A stretch of 60,040 nt of DNA, taken from NCBI GenBank assembly GCA_023137195.1, contig JAGLPV010000024.1:1-60040 (forward strand). The letters are read 5' to 3'. The notes beneath the pieces are model-generated. The model searched no databases. It was given only the letters and a program-made list of their open reading frames with translations, and was not told where the DNA came from. This DNA comes from Candidatus Aenigmatarchaeota archaeon (lineage in GTDB: Archaea; EX4484-52). How positions within the stretch are numbered: position 1 is the stretch's first letter; each line of letters begins with the position of its first letter. The translations under genes and the position numbers were made by a program. Of this stretch, positions 28,959 to 38,836 are shown piece after piece.

Positions 28959-30263
28959 ATGAAAGAAAAATCTATTAAAACATTTACGTCAGATGCACCA
29001 TCCAACATTGGGAAAACTATTGTTCTTAAAGGCTGGGTGGATGATATAAGAGATATAGGGAAGCTTGTTTTTCTGATATTGAAAGACTCAAAATCAAGAA
29101 TACAGGTTGTCGCAAAAGAAGGCGTTGTGGATAGTAAAATAATAGATATAATAAAAAAGATTCCAAAAGAAAGTTCTGTTGAGATAAAAGGACTTGTAAA
29201 AGAAGCAAAGAGTGCGATGAATGGAGTTGAAATAGTTCCTGAAAGTGTTGTTGTGCTGGGTGCTTCTGAACCTAATCTGCCTATTCCTACAGACAAAAAA
29301 GCAACAATCACGCTCTCAAAAAGACTTGATTACAGGTATATTGACCTGAGAAATGACAGGGTTTTGGCCATCTTTAAAATACAGGCCGTAATAATGGATA
29401 CTTTCAGGCAATTTATGACAAAAAAGGATTTTATTGAATTTAACTCTCCAGGCATAATATCTTCTTCATCTGAAGGAGGAGCTGATTTGTTTCCATTGCT
29501 TTATTATCAAAAAGAGGCATTTTTGGCTCAAAGTCCGCAGTTGTACAAGCAGATGGCAGTGGTTGGTGGGATGGAAAGAGTGTTTTCTATTTCAAGAATA
29601 TGGAGAGCTGAGGTTTCAAATACAATCAAGCATCTGTCTGAATCAAGACAGATGGATATGGAAGCATGCTTTTTTGATGATGAAGATGCCATGGATTTGC
29701 TGTGCAAGTTTGTTATGCATGCGATAAAAACAGTCAATGAAAAATGCAGTGCAGAATTAGAACTTTTGGGCGTAGAGCCTTATGTGGTTGATGACGTTCC
29801 TCAGATTGATTACAAAGAAGCAGTTGAAATACTTCAAAAAAACAATATTGGCATAAAGTATGGAGATGATCTTGGCAGTGAGTCGGAAAAAAAATTATGT
29901 GAATTATACAAAGGCAAGCCAGTGATTGTTAAAAAATGGCCTTGCAGTCTAAGGGCATTTTATTCTATGCCTGATGATGAAGATAAAACGCTTTCAAAAT
30001 CCTATGATTTGTTGTACCAGGGAATGGAACTGGCTTCAGGGGCACAGAGGATTCATATCCCTGAATTGCTGGAAAAAACATTAAGGGAAAAGCAGATGGA
30101 TGTTGATAATTTCAAGTCTTATATTGATTCTTTCAGGTACGGGGCTCCACCACATGCGGGTTGGGCTCTTGGTCTTGAACGGCTTACAATGGCAATATGC
30201 CGTCTTTCCAATATAAGGGAAGCGACATTATTTCCACGGGATACAGAAAGGATTACTCCTTAG
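28959..30263 (+). CDS. aspS: Aspartyl-tRNA synthetase, archaeal type
   Basis: OB fold GWV..IRD.G, LAQSPQLYKQ, RAE, SGAQRIH, GAPPHAG..LGLER. Confidence 0.92.
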   Translation: MKEKSIKTFTSDAPSNIGKTIVLKGWVDDIRDIGKLVFLILKDSKSRIQVVAKEGVVDSKIIDIIKKIPKESSVEIKGLVKEAKSAMNGVEIVPESVVVLGASEPNLPIPTDKKATITLSKRLDYRYIDLRNDRVLAIFKIQAVIMDTFRQFMTKKDFIEFNSPGIISSSSEGGADLFPLLYYQKEAFLAQSPQLYKQMAVVGGMERVFSISRIWRAEVSNTIKHLSESRQMDMEACFFDDEDAMDLLCKFVMHAIKTVNEKCSAELELLGVEPYVVDDVPQIDYKEAVEILQKNNIGIKYGDDLGSESEKKLCELYKGKPVIVKKWPCSLRAFYSMPDDEDKTLSKSYDLLYQGMELASGAQRIHIPELLEKTLREKQMDVDNFKSYIDSFRYGAPPHAGWALGLERLTMAICRLSNIREATLFPRDTERITP

Positions 30264-30327
30264 TTGTAATACTGCCTGTTCGACATCAAATTATATAAAT
30301 TTGAATTCCATATAAATAGTATATAAT

Positions 30328-31386
30328 ATGTTTGACAGCAAAAACAATAAAGACAAGAGATATAATTCTACGATTGCCCTGGAAAAAAGATTGATGGAAA
30401 AGGGCTATCAAAAAAGAAAGATTCTATTTGAAAAAACTTTTTTTGACGAACTTCTGCTTTTTGTTGATGTTGTTTTCAGGGCACTGGTTGAAGTTGAGAG
30501 GACAAAAAACATCATGATTTTCATGAATGCTTTTTTTATTGATATAATCAAATCATATCCTTTTATTTTTGAACCACTGAAATCAAAGGTTATCGCAAGC
30601 AATATGTATGACATACCCGAGGAATATATAACAAAAACGATGAGCGTCTCAGTGGTTTCTTTTTTCCTTGTGTTTATAGCTGAGTTTGTTAAAATTCTTC
30701 TTTTATCTTCACAAAACCTTACTTTGAAAATGCTTGTGTTTGATTTGGCAATGATACCATTCTTTTCTTTTGTTGCACTAAGTATTTTATTTTATTTTGC
30801 TCCATTTGCTATTGCAAACAACAGGAAGCATAGCATTGAAACAAATATGCCGTTTGGGATAAATCATATGTCTGCTATTGTTTCTGCCGGGGTTCCACCT
30901 GAAAAAGTGTTTAAGATGCTTGTTGAATATGGAGAATATGGAGAATTTTCCAAGGAAATAAACAAGATTGTCAAAAGAATGAATACGTTTGGAGAAGAGT
31001 TGGATAAATCGATAAAGTATGTCCTTAAAACTACACCATCGGAAAAATTCAGGGAATTTCTTTACGGGATGATTTCTGTTGTTGAAGGAGGTGGAAATGT
31101 AAATGAATATCTTAATCAAATGGCTTCAGTTTCTATGTTTGATTATAAAATGAAGAGAAAAAGATATTTAGAATCACTTTCAACATTTGGGGATATTTAT
31201 ACAGTTATTTTAATTGCGGCTCCGTTTTTTATTATATCTCTTTTTACAATAATGAATATGGTTCCTGATGCGAAAATAGCAGGAATGGATATTATGACTC
31301 TTATGAGTATAACTACTTATATGTTTATTCCGGGTCTGAATTTTGCATTTATTGGATTTTTATATGTATTCCAGCCTGAGTTGTAA
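30328..31386 (+). CDS. Type II secretion/pilus F-family membrane platform protein (TadC/FlaJ-like)
   Basis: IE.NMPF..HM..I..AG.PP, YGEFSKE, TPSEKF.EFL motifs, several TM helices. Confidence 0.82.
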   Translation: MFDSKNNKDKRYNSTIALEKRLMEKGYQKRKILFEKTFFDELLLFVDVVFRALVEVERTKNIMIFMNAFFIDIIKSYPFIFEPLKSKVIASNMYDIPEEYITKTMSVSVVSFFLVFIAEFVKILLLSSQNLTLKMLVFDLAMIPFFSFVALSILFYFAPFAIANNRKHSIETNMPFGINHMSAIVSAGVPPEKVFKMLVEYGEYGEFSKEINKIVKRMNTFGEELDKSIKYVLKTTPSEKFREFLYGMISVVEGGGNVNEYLNQMASVSMFDYKMKRKRYLESLSTFGDIYTVILIAAPFFIISLFTIMNMVPDAKIAGMDIMTLMSITTYMFIPGLNFAFIGFLYVFQPEL

Positions 31387-31391
31387 GAATT

Positions 31392-31611
31392 TTTTAATCC
31401 ACAGATGCGAGAATGCAGGAATGCGAGAAAATCTCCATGATTTTCTGCACATCTGTTCGATACAGATGACTCAAAGATTTTCCGTACATCGGTCAAAGAC
31501 CGATGACTCAAAGATTTTCTGCATATTCAATTTCATTGAATAACGCACGGGAAAGTGATTTATTTTCTTCTTGCATGTTCCTGTGTCTTCCGTGTCTTCC
31601 TGTGGATGTTA
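31392..31611. repeat. Intergenic repeat family, site 4, enclosing three 37-bp hairpin units
   Basis: TTTTAATCCACAGA...CCTGTGGAT ends; internal 18-bp linker plus 19-nt palindrome repeated three times (31432-31542). Confidence 0.85.
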
Positions 31612-32886
31612 TTTGAAAGGATTGCTGAAAGTGCAGTTATCCTCTTCCATCTCTTCTATTCTCAATAGCTGGTTGTATTTTTCTGTTCTTTCGCTTCTTG
31701 CGGGGGCTCCGGTTTTTAGTTGTCCTGAGCCCAGACCTGCGGAAAAATCACTTATGAAAGCATCACATGTCTCTCCTGAACGGTGGCTTACTACAACGTT
31801 AAAATCGTTTTTCTTTGAAAGCCGGAATGCCTCTACTGATTCTGTCAGGGTGCCTATTTGATTTAATTTTAATAGCAGGGCATTTGCGCTTTTCTTATCA
31901 ATACCTTCCTGGATTCTTTCTGTGTTTGTTACGAAGAGGTCATCTCCTACAATCTGTATGTTTGTTTTTCCTGTGAGTTCTGCAAATCCTTCAAAATCGT
32001 TTTCCTCTAAAGGATCCTCGAGAGAGCAGATAGGGTATGTTTTTATCATGTCTGCATAGTAGTCTATCAATTCGCCGGGGGAGTATTGCTTTTGACCTAC
32101 AGTGTATTTTTGTGTTTGTGAATCATAAAACTCGCTTGCGGCAGGGTCCATTGCAATCATCAGGTTATCCTGTCCTCCGCCATATTCTTCGATGATGTTT
32201 ACCAGTAAATCCAAGGGTTCTTCAGGGCATGTGAATGGCGGGGCATATCCTCCTTCATCTCCGACGTTTACTGCACTTTTGCCGTATTTATTTTTTATTT
32301 TTGTCTTTAGTTCGTGGTAGCATTGGACGCCTGTTTGAAGGGCAGAGCTAAATGATGTTTCTCCAATTGGCATTATCATGAACTCCTGCATCTGTAGTTT
32401 GCTTCCTGCATGTTTTCCACCGTTTAAGACATTCATCATGGGGACAGGCATTATGTATTTTGAATGCTCTGTGTATTTTTGAGCCAGGTATTGATGCAAT
32501 TGCATGTTCATGGAATTTGATGCTGCTCTTGCACATGCCAATGACACGCCAAGGATTGCATTTGCGCCCAGATTGGCTTTGTTTGGTGTTCCGTCCAGTT
32601 CAATCATTGCTCTGTCTATTTCTTCCTGTTCTTTTGCATCCATTCCTGTTATTTTTTTCGCAATGATATCGTTTACGTTATTGACGGCATTCATTACGCT
32701 TTTTCCGTTGAATATGTCTGGGTTGTTGTCCCGCAATTCAACTGCTTCATACTCTCCTGTAGATGCACCGCTTGGGATTTTAGCTCTTCCAAAACCATTA
32801 TTGGTCTTAACGTCCACTTCAATTGTTGGATTGCCACGGGAATCCAAAATCTGCCTTCCAAAAATACTCTCTATTGTTGTATCCAT
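31609..32886 (-). CDS. eno: Enolase
   Basis: DSRGNPT, PSGASTG, VGDEGG, LLKLNQIGT, SHRSGET. Confidence 0.97.
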   Translation of the reverse strand: MDTTIESIFGRQILDSRGNPTIEVDVKTNNGFGRAKIPSGASTGEYEAVELRDNNPDIFNGKSVMNAVNNVNDIIAKKITGMDAKEQEEIDRAMIELDGTPNKANLGANAILGVSLACARAASNSMNMQLHQYLAQKYTEHSKYIMPVPMMNVLNGGKHAGSKLQMQEFMIMPIGETSFSSALQTGVQCYHELKTKIKNKYGKSAVNVGDEGGYAPPFTCPEEPLDLLVNIIEEYGGGQDNLMIAMDPAASEFYDSQTQKYTVGQKQYSPGELIDYYADMIKTYPICSLEDPLEENDFEGFAELTGKTNIQIVGDDLFVTNTERIQEGIDKKSANALLLKLNQIGTLTESVEAFRLSKKNDFNVVVSHRSGETCDAFISDFSAGLGSGQLKTGAPARSERTEKYNQLLRIEEMEEDNCTFSNPFK

Positions 32887-33004
32887 TGAAAAATAGTTAA
32901 GTAACTTTTATATATTTTTGGAATTGTAATACAAAGTATGGCTTTTTAGAATATATATTATTCTTGATTTAAATTTGTTTTAACTAAAGTATTATATATT
33001 TAAT

Positions 33005-33877
33005 ATGTACTTATTTACCATGGGGAAAAAAATTCTTGTTTATCTTGATTCAGGAACATATCCCTGTCCTTTTGACTGCTTGCTTGCTTATGATAGCGGT
33101 TATGATCACATTGTTAACTACCATAGCGTTGACGGGGAAAAAGGAGTGAAGATAATACAGGATGTTATATTTACAAGAAGCGAAGAAGACCTTAAAAATA
33201 CTGTTTTTTTTATTGGCGGCACAGATATAAAAACAGCGGAAAAATGTTTCAATGAAATAAAACTATTTTTATTGACTTCAAAAATGCCGCAAGTGTCAAT
33301 TATTTTTGATCCAAATGGCATATACACTATAACTGCCTCAATGCTGATCAATATTAAAAAAAAGATTAAAGATATCGAAGATAAAAAAATTCTTGTCCTT
33401 GGAGGGACTGGTTCTATAGGACAATGTATTGCCCAGTTATTGGCTGAAAAAAAAGCGTTTGTGACAATTACTTCAAGAAGCAGAGATAAACTAAATGGTA
33501 TTTTGTCTGTCCTGGACAATAAGAGAATAGATGGATTTGTATGCGAGTGTGAAAGTGACACCCGTCTTATTTCTAAGAGGAAAGATATAATTATTACTAC
33601 CGGACCCCCCGGACGTACAATGATAAGGAAAGAAACAATAGCTAAAATAAATCCTTCTGCGGTTGTTGATGTGAGTGCAATAATGCCTTTTGGAATTGAA
33701 AATTTCAATAAAACTAAAGATTTGACGGACTTGAAAAAAAGATTTGCATGTATTGGGGGGAAGGACATATGGTCACTGAAAAATAAAATTGAGAAAAAAA
33801 TTCTAAATAATGTCATTAAAAAAAGAATTATTTATGACAAAACTGAGATATTGCGCTTTACCGGAGATAAATACTAA
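33005..33877 (+). CDS. Methylene-H4MPT/H4F dehydrogenase-like protein (MtdA/MtdB family), divergent
   Basis: P.PFD...AYD.G, IFTR, FIGG, DPNG..T, GGTGSIG Rossmann motif. Confidence 0.7.
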   Translation: MYLFTMGKKILVYLDSGTYPCPFDCLLAYDSGYDHIVNYHSVDGEKGVKIIQDVIFTRSEEDLKNTVFFIGGTDIKTAEKCFNEIKLFLLTSKMPQVSIIFDPNGIYTITASMLINIKKKIKDIEDKKILVLGGTGSIGQCIAQLLAEKKAFVTITSRSRDKLNGILSVLDNKRIDGFVCECESDTRLISKRKDIIITTGPPGRTMIRKETIAKINPSAVVDVSAIMPFGIENFNKTKDLTDLKKRFACIGGKDIWSLKNKIEKKILNNVIKKRIIYDKTEILRFTGDKY

Positions 33878-33906
33878 CTATTTAAAGGATTTAGCCTGAA
33901 AAAAAT

Positions 33907-34320
33907 ATGGAAGGAAAAAAAGACCAGGGTGATGAAAAGATACTTAATGCAATCATAATCGCATGTGTTGTTGGAATTACAATTATCCTGGGTTTGATTT
34001 ATTACAACAGCCTGAATGAAATAGGATTTAGTGAATTGTACTTTAATGACTATTCTAAAGAGATAACAGATGGAAAAATTTCTTTTAATTATGCTATTGC
34101 AAACCACGAGGGAGTGGACACCACATATGAAGTTACTTGTAGGAAGAATGATATACTTCTTGGTAAGGAAAGAATATTTATTGAGACTGATGGAAAGAAG
34201 AGTTTTGAAAAATTGTTTGACTCTGAAAACGGGACCTATAAGATAAGCGTGGAATTTGTGAATAACAACCAGACTTATGAAATACATTTCTGGACGCAAA
34301 CAGATGAAGAATATATATAG
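33907..34320 (+). CDS. DUF1616-like membrane-anchored protein
   Basis: TM helix then FSELYF, I.NHEG...Y, IHFW. Confidence 0.6.
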   Translation: MEGKKDQGDEKILNAIIIACVVGITIILGLIYYNSLNEIGFSELYFNDYSKEITDGKISFNYAIANHEGVDTTYEVTCRKNDILLGKERIFIETDGKKSFEKLFDSENGTYKISVEFVNNNQTYEIHFWTQTDEEYI

Positions 34321-34874
34321 TGTTTTTTATGGATTCCTTATTTCATTTTGTATTTTCGATAATTGTGGGACTTTCACTAAATATTAGAAGAAAACATAAA
34401 TTAAGGGTGATTGTATCTGCGGCTTTATTGGTTGTGTTGATAGATATTGACCATTTTTTTGGGATGACTGCAAGAGGGACATTTCACAATATTTTTTTTG
34501 TATCTGCCATACCGCTGATTTTATTTTATATTGGCTATATGTATGAGAAACCATATCATTCGATAAAACTGCAAACATATAGTTTATTGCTTGGACTTAT
34601 GCTTATTGCGCATGTGATTTGTGATATGTTTATTGATGGCAGTGTTAAATTACTGTATCCATTCAATATGACTGATTTTACGATGCCTGATATCTGGATT
34701 CTTGCTACGCCTGATTTTTTTTCGCCCATTGTTAGTCCGACAGGTATTGCTCTTGGAATAATACTTTTGTTTATTATGATTGCATTTTATGTTGAGGAGT
34801 TTATATATAACCTGGAAAAAAACAAGGAAAAACTCTCTATTGCGGTAAGGGACACTAATGAGGATGTGTTTTAG
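34320..34874 (+). CDS. Membrane-bound metal-dependent hydrolase family protein
   Basis: H...S, DIDH, RG.FH, H..CD, LYP motifs. Confidence 0.7.
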   Translation: MFFMDSLFHFVFSIIVGLSLNIRRKHKLRVIVSAALLVVLIDIDHFFGMTARGTFHNIFFVSAIPLILFYIGYMYEKPYHSIKLQTYSLLLGLMLIAHVICDMFIDGSVKLLYPFNMTDFTMPDIWILATPDFFSPIVSPTGIALGIILLFIMIAFYVEEFIYNLEKNKEKLSIAVRDTNEDVF

Positions 34875-34902
34875 ACTAGCATATATATGAATTCATTGAA
34901 TT

Positions 34903-35005
34903 GTTGAAATCCACAAGATTCTTGCAATCAACACAAGATGACTCAGTTTTTAATTCATATTTTAATCTCGTGGAAATCTGTGGATTAAGTCGGTTCCGTG
35001 GATTA
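34903..35005. repeat. Intergenic repeat family, site 5
   Basis: GTTGAAATCCACAAGA left end, TCTGTGGATTAA at 34977-34988, CCGTGGATTA right end. Confidence 0.8.
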
Positions 35006-35527
35006 GAAATTGGTCACTGGCTTTTTTCTTAAGAATAAACCTATGCTTGCAAGAGTCATGAAAAATGGTATTGCCATTGTTGAAAATTCAGGAATGCCTC
35101 CTGTTGCCTGTGCAATTACGCTTGCATCTTCCCAGTCGCCGACATCATTTGTCTTTACATAATACATGTATTTTGCTCCTGCTGTTGCATTGGATCCAAG
35201 CATTATTTTGATAATTGCCTCTCCATTGGTGTCTGTGGTTGTCTCGTTATTGCCTGTCTCGTTGAATACGACAGAAACCTCGCTACATGGATTTGATAAA
35301 AAATCATCACATATTCCATTGCTATTTGTGTCTTTGCAGATTATATTTTTGATTAGCAATGGCTTTACTTGATGTGGAGTTACCGTAGCAGTTGTATATC
35401 CTGTATTCCCTGGCATTATAGTAATGTCCATCGGATTGACTTCAATATCAAGAGAATCTGCGAACACGACCATACTGCTCAAAAGCATAAGACTTATTGC
35501 TGTAATTATTATTTTGTTTTTTTCCAT
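35003..35527 (-). CDS. PEF-CTERM sorting-domain surface protein
   Basis: Signal peptide; C-terminal IPEF, TM helix, RKK. Confidence 0.8.
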   Translation of the reverse strand: MEKNKIIITAISLMLLSSMVVFADSLDIEVNPMDITIMPGNTGYTTATVTPHQVKPLLIKNIICKDTNSNGICDDFLSNPCSEVSVVFNETGNNETTTDTNGEAIIKIMLGSNATAGAKYMYYVKTNDVGDWEDASVIAQATGGIPEFSTMAIPFFMTLASIGLFLRKKPVTNF

Positions 35528-35591
35528 ATTTGTGTGTGTTTTTATTTTTTACCTGCTAGTAGTAAAATAACAAACAAGTATTTAAACTTTT

Positions 35592-37583
35592 CTAATTTTG
35601 TATTTCCAAAACAGAATTTTGCGCATCTATTGTCGTGCCTGTATCCACATCCATTAGTTTGACAACTGCAATAAAGTCATCGTCAATATTACTCTGACTG
35701 TCCGAGATGATATATTCTTCGCATAAAATATTGTCTTCGTCCCGGGCAATATAGCTTAAAGTATGGTTTTCTGCTACCAGACCCTGCTTCTGTGTTGAAA
35801 AGAAAATCGTCTTCACTGTGTAATTTCCCTTTGCATTTTCTTTTATATTCCAGAAATAACTGACTTTTATATCTGCATGATTCTTGCTGATATTGTAGCC
35901 AAGAAATGTTATTTTGTCGGTGAACATGATTGGATGAATGTTTTGGATGGTTACTGGTGTCCGGGTATATTTTTTATCGTCATTGTGGGGATTGTAGCAA
36001 ACTGCATTTATTTGACCACTATACCTGTCCTTTAATTCTTCCTCAATCAACTCTCTTGATTTTATGAATATGTCTGCAACATCAAATGTGTTTGCGTTGC
36101 TGTTTTGGAGAGTTAGTCTTGTTCCTGTCTTTGGATAATACAACCCTGTCTTTATTGTATACATTCCGGTTGGTGTATTTGGAGGAATCATTAAATCGTA
36201 TTGTTCTACATATATTGTGTTGTTTTTGCATTTTGAAGTCCTGAACGGCAGTTTGTGATCCTGTTGAAATGCCAGTTTATCGTTCTCATCAACTACATGA
36301 ACAAAAGCAGTATAATCTTTTTTTGTGTTTTCGAGGCATTTCCAGAAATACGTAACGCTGTATTGCTGTCCTCCTATTAATTCTTTTTCGTCAATGGATG
36401 CTCCCAGTAGTAGCATCTTGTTCTGGAAGTTTTTCATTAGAGATATTTTCATCTCTATGCCGCTTGTATTTATTACTGTATTTTTTTGAGGATTATAGAG
36501 GAGCACATCCATTGTGCTGTTGTATATTGTGTTTAGGTAATCTTCGTCGGGCTTTAAATGCAGTATGCCGAGCACGACACGATTTTTTGGATCAACAAAT
36601 TTCCCGTATAGTATTGGCATGCTGGTTCCTGCTGTATCTGTGAGACTTACTCTTAAAAAATATTCTTTGTCCTCTGTGACAAATGGAACAGTTATGTCGA
36701 ATTCCTCTTTTATGACATCGCCTTCTTTAAATTGTTTTTTTGATTGGGCAAACTGGTATTCATCAGAAAAAAATACTTCTCCTACTGAATCTGTAAAATC
36801 CAGCTTCACGTTGTATTGTTTTTTTAATTCATCTAGATAGTACCAGTACAGGGTTATGTGCATGTCTTTGCCGCTTTGAATCTCTCCTGCTCCAATGCCG
36901 TATCCGATTAAAGCTATTTTATCGTTGAAATTGTTTGCCATTTTTTTCTGGATTTCCTCGTAGCTTATTGTGCTGTCGATGTTGTTTTTGGTGTAAATGT
37001 TGTGTATCTGTGTTATTTGATTTTGGTTGTAGAGTTGGTCAAATTCTATTTTTCCCCTGTCCTGGTTGTTCATGATAACGGGGTAAAATATGTCTGCCAG
37101 GAGCAAAAAGCCAATAATGCCTGATGTTACAATTATATATTTTTGCTTACGCGACAAATTTAGCCTGTCTATTGAAGGACTTATTATACGCCTGTATATT
37201 AAGATAAATGTATTTTTGATTGGTTTTGCAAATGCAAAAAACAGGCATATGAATGCAATCTGAGCAAGAACTGTAAAGAGATTAACGGGAATATCGAGAT
37301 ATAGGTTTGAAAACATGACTGTCAGGACAACAAAGCTTATGCTCAGACCCACAGAAAGAGCAACTCTTTCGGCAAAATCTATTTCTTCTCTGGAAAAAAA
37401 GACAAATGTTGAGATGTACCCTGGTATAAAAAGCACAAGGAGTAAACCGATAATAATTCTGGCTGTTTGGTATATTAAATAAAGGAGCTTTGTTTTAACA
37501 ATCAGGACTAAAAATACAAGCAATATTAACAGGATGATTATTTGCTTATATCCTATAGAATTCAGTTTATTTTTAATATGCAT
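35592..37583 (-). CDS. DUF1616 membrane protein with three repeated extracellular beta domains
   Basis: LFIPGY, ERVALSVGLSI; three F.DKI.L.GY...YW/YFW repeats. Confidence 0.65.
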   Translation of the reverse strand: MHIKNKLNSIGYKQIIILLILLVFLVLIVKTKLLYLIYQTARIIIGLLLVLFIPGYISTFVFFSREEIDFAERVALSVGLSISFVVLTVMFSNLYLDIPVNLFTVLAQIAFICLFFAFAKPIKNTFILIYRRIISPSIDRLNLSRKQKYIIVTSGIIGFLLLADIFYPVIMNNQDRGKIEFDQLYNQNQITQIHNIYTKNNIDSTISYEEIQKKMANNFNDKIALIGYGIGAGEIQSGKDMHITLYWYYLDELKKQYNVKLDFTDSVGEVFFSDEYQFAQSKKQFKEGDVIKEEFDITVPFVTEDKEYFLRVSLTDTAGTSMPILYGKFVDPKNRVVLGILHLKPDEDYLNTIYNSTMDVLLYNPQKNTVINTSGIEMKISLMKNFQNKMLLLGASIDEKELIGGQQYSVTYFWKCLENTKKDYTAFVHVVDENDKLAFQQDHKLPFRTSKCKNNTIYVEQYDLMIPPNTPTGMYTIKTGLYYPKTGTRLTLQNSNANTFDVADIFIKSRELIEEELKDRYSGQINAVCYNPHNDDKKYTRTPVTIQNIHPIMFTDKITFLGYNISKNHADIKVSYFWNIKENAKGNYTVKTIFFSTQKQGLVAENHTLSYIARDEDNILCEEYIISDSQSNIDDDFIAVVKLMDVDTGTTIDAQNSVLEIQN

Positions 37584-38742
37584 ACTTTTTTCTCTTTATT
37601 TTTCTTTTTGGATCTAATATCCTTTTGATTACATCGGATTCTTCTTTTTTGATTGTGGTGGGAGAATAGTTGTGTTTTGTGTTTGCGCTATATGTTGTAT
37701 GGTGATTCTCCGATTGGTGCAATGGTTTAGCCCGGACTTTTTTATTGTTTTGGTTTTTTCTGCCTTTCTTGGGTTGTCCCAGGGAGTTAAATGAGGGATT
37801 ATTTTTATTGCCTGTTTTTACCTGGTTTTCATCACCGGAAAATCGGAATAATATTGTCCAGAACAGAGATATCCATATGAAGAAGAAAATCCATCCTAGG
37901 TGTGTATGTACAGCCATAAGGGCATTGTTTCCTAATTTTAGTCCTACTAAGAACAAAAGCACTATCCTCATGACATTTGAAAAAAATGTTCCTGCAACGC
38001 CAAAAATGAACAAAATGACTTTGTTTTTCAGGGTTGTCCTGATATCTCCTATTATTGCAAAAAAAGCAGCTATGAATACGGACATTGATGTTACTCCAGA
38101 GCATAGCGCACCGATAAATACCTGGAATGTATTATCGCTCATCGCCAGGGTATAGCCGCCGGTTTGCTCTATAGAATATACAGAATACCCAAGGAAGGAT
38201 AATATTACTTTTGAAACATAAGTTAAAATGCTTATTAAAGGCAGGTATATTTCTTTCAGGGTGTAATCAAATACACCGCTCCTGACGTATTCTATCACGC
38301 CTGCCGGGAATATAAGAAGACCCATTACTATAAAAAACCTGAAAGAGAATCTTAAAAAAAAACTCTGTGAATTTATAAAATTGGAGATATATGAAATAGT
38401 ATCTTTCTTTAGGAATATGAAAATGCTTAATATGAAATATAGGAGGGAAAATGCAACAGGAAGCGTTGAACCCATGTTTCTTGTGTAAAATATGATGAAT
38501 AGCAAAATCATTGTCGCTATGAAAAAATAAAAACCGTGTTTTATGTCTTCTCTATTTTTGTTTTCAAAATATTCATAGCCGATGATAAAAATACTGCTCA
38601 AAAACAATGTGAGGAATGTTAATATAACCTGGATTTTACTGATGTCCTGCTGTACAAACCCATGATATCCTATTTCAAATATATATGTGAAAGAGCCAAT
38701 CAGCAGGATTATCCCAATCAATATTGTCTTGTTAATTTTCAT
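37573..38742 (-). CDS. Archaeosortase/exosortase family protein (ArtC-like by context)
   Basis: Multi-TM with Cys (LCSGVTS), Arg (NVMRI), His (HTHLGW) triad; PEF-CTERM gene nearby. Confidence 0.8.
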   Translation of the reverse strand: MKINKTILIGIILLIGSFTYIFEIGYHGFVQQDISKIQVILTFLTLFLSSIFIIGYEYFENKNREDIKHGFYFFIATMILLFIIFYTRNMGSTLPVAFSLLYFILSIFIFLKKDTISYISNFINSQSFFLRFSFRFFIVMGLLIFPAGVIEYVRSGVFDYTLKEIYLPLISILTYVSKVILSFLGYSVYSIEQTGGYTLAMSDNTFQVFIGALCSGVTSMSVFIAAFFAIIGDIRTTLKNKVILFIFGVAGTFFSNVMRIVLLFLVGLKLGNNALMAVHTHLGWIFFFIWISLFWTILFRFSGDENQVKTGNKNNPSFNSLGQPKKGRKNQNNKKVRAKPLHQSENHHTTYSANTKHNYSPTTIKKEESDVIKRILDPKRKIKRKKYAY

Positions 38743-38836
38743 TTTAATCACTATTTAATAATAAAAAATAAAAAATTTTATATACCTTCTTTAATACCTC
38801 TCTTTGTTAAAATTCCTTTTCTGATATACAATAAGA

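Noticed and set aside
31432-31542. CRISPR array
   Set aside because: Only three units, 18-bp constant part is too short, the variable parts are self-complementary, and no cas operon is present
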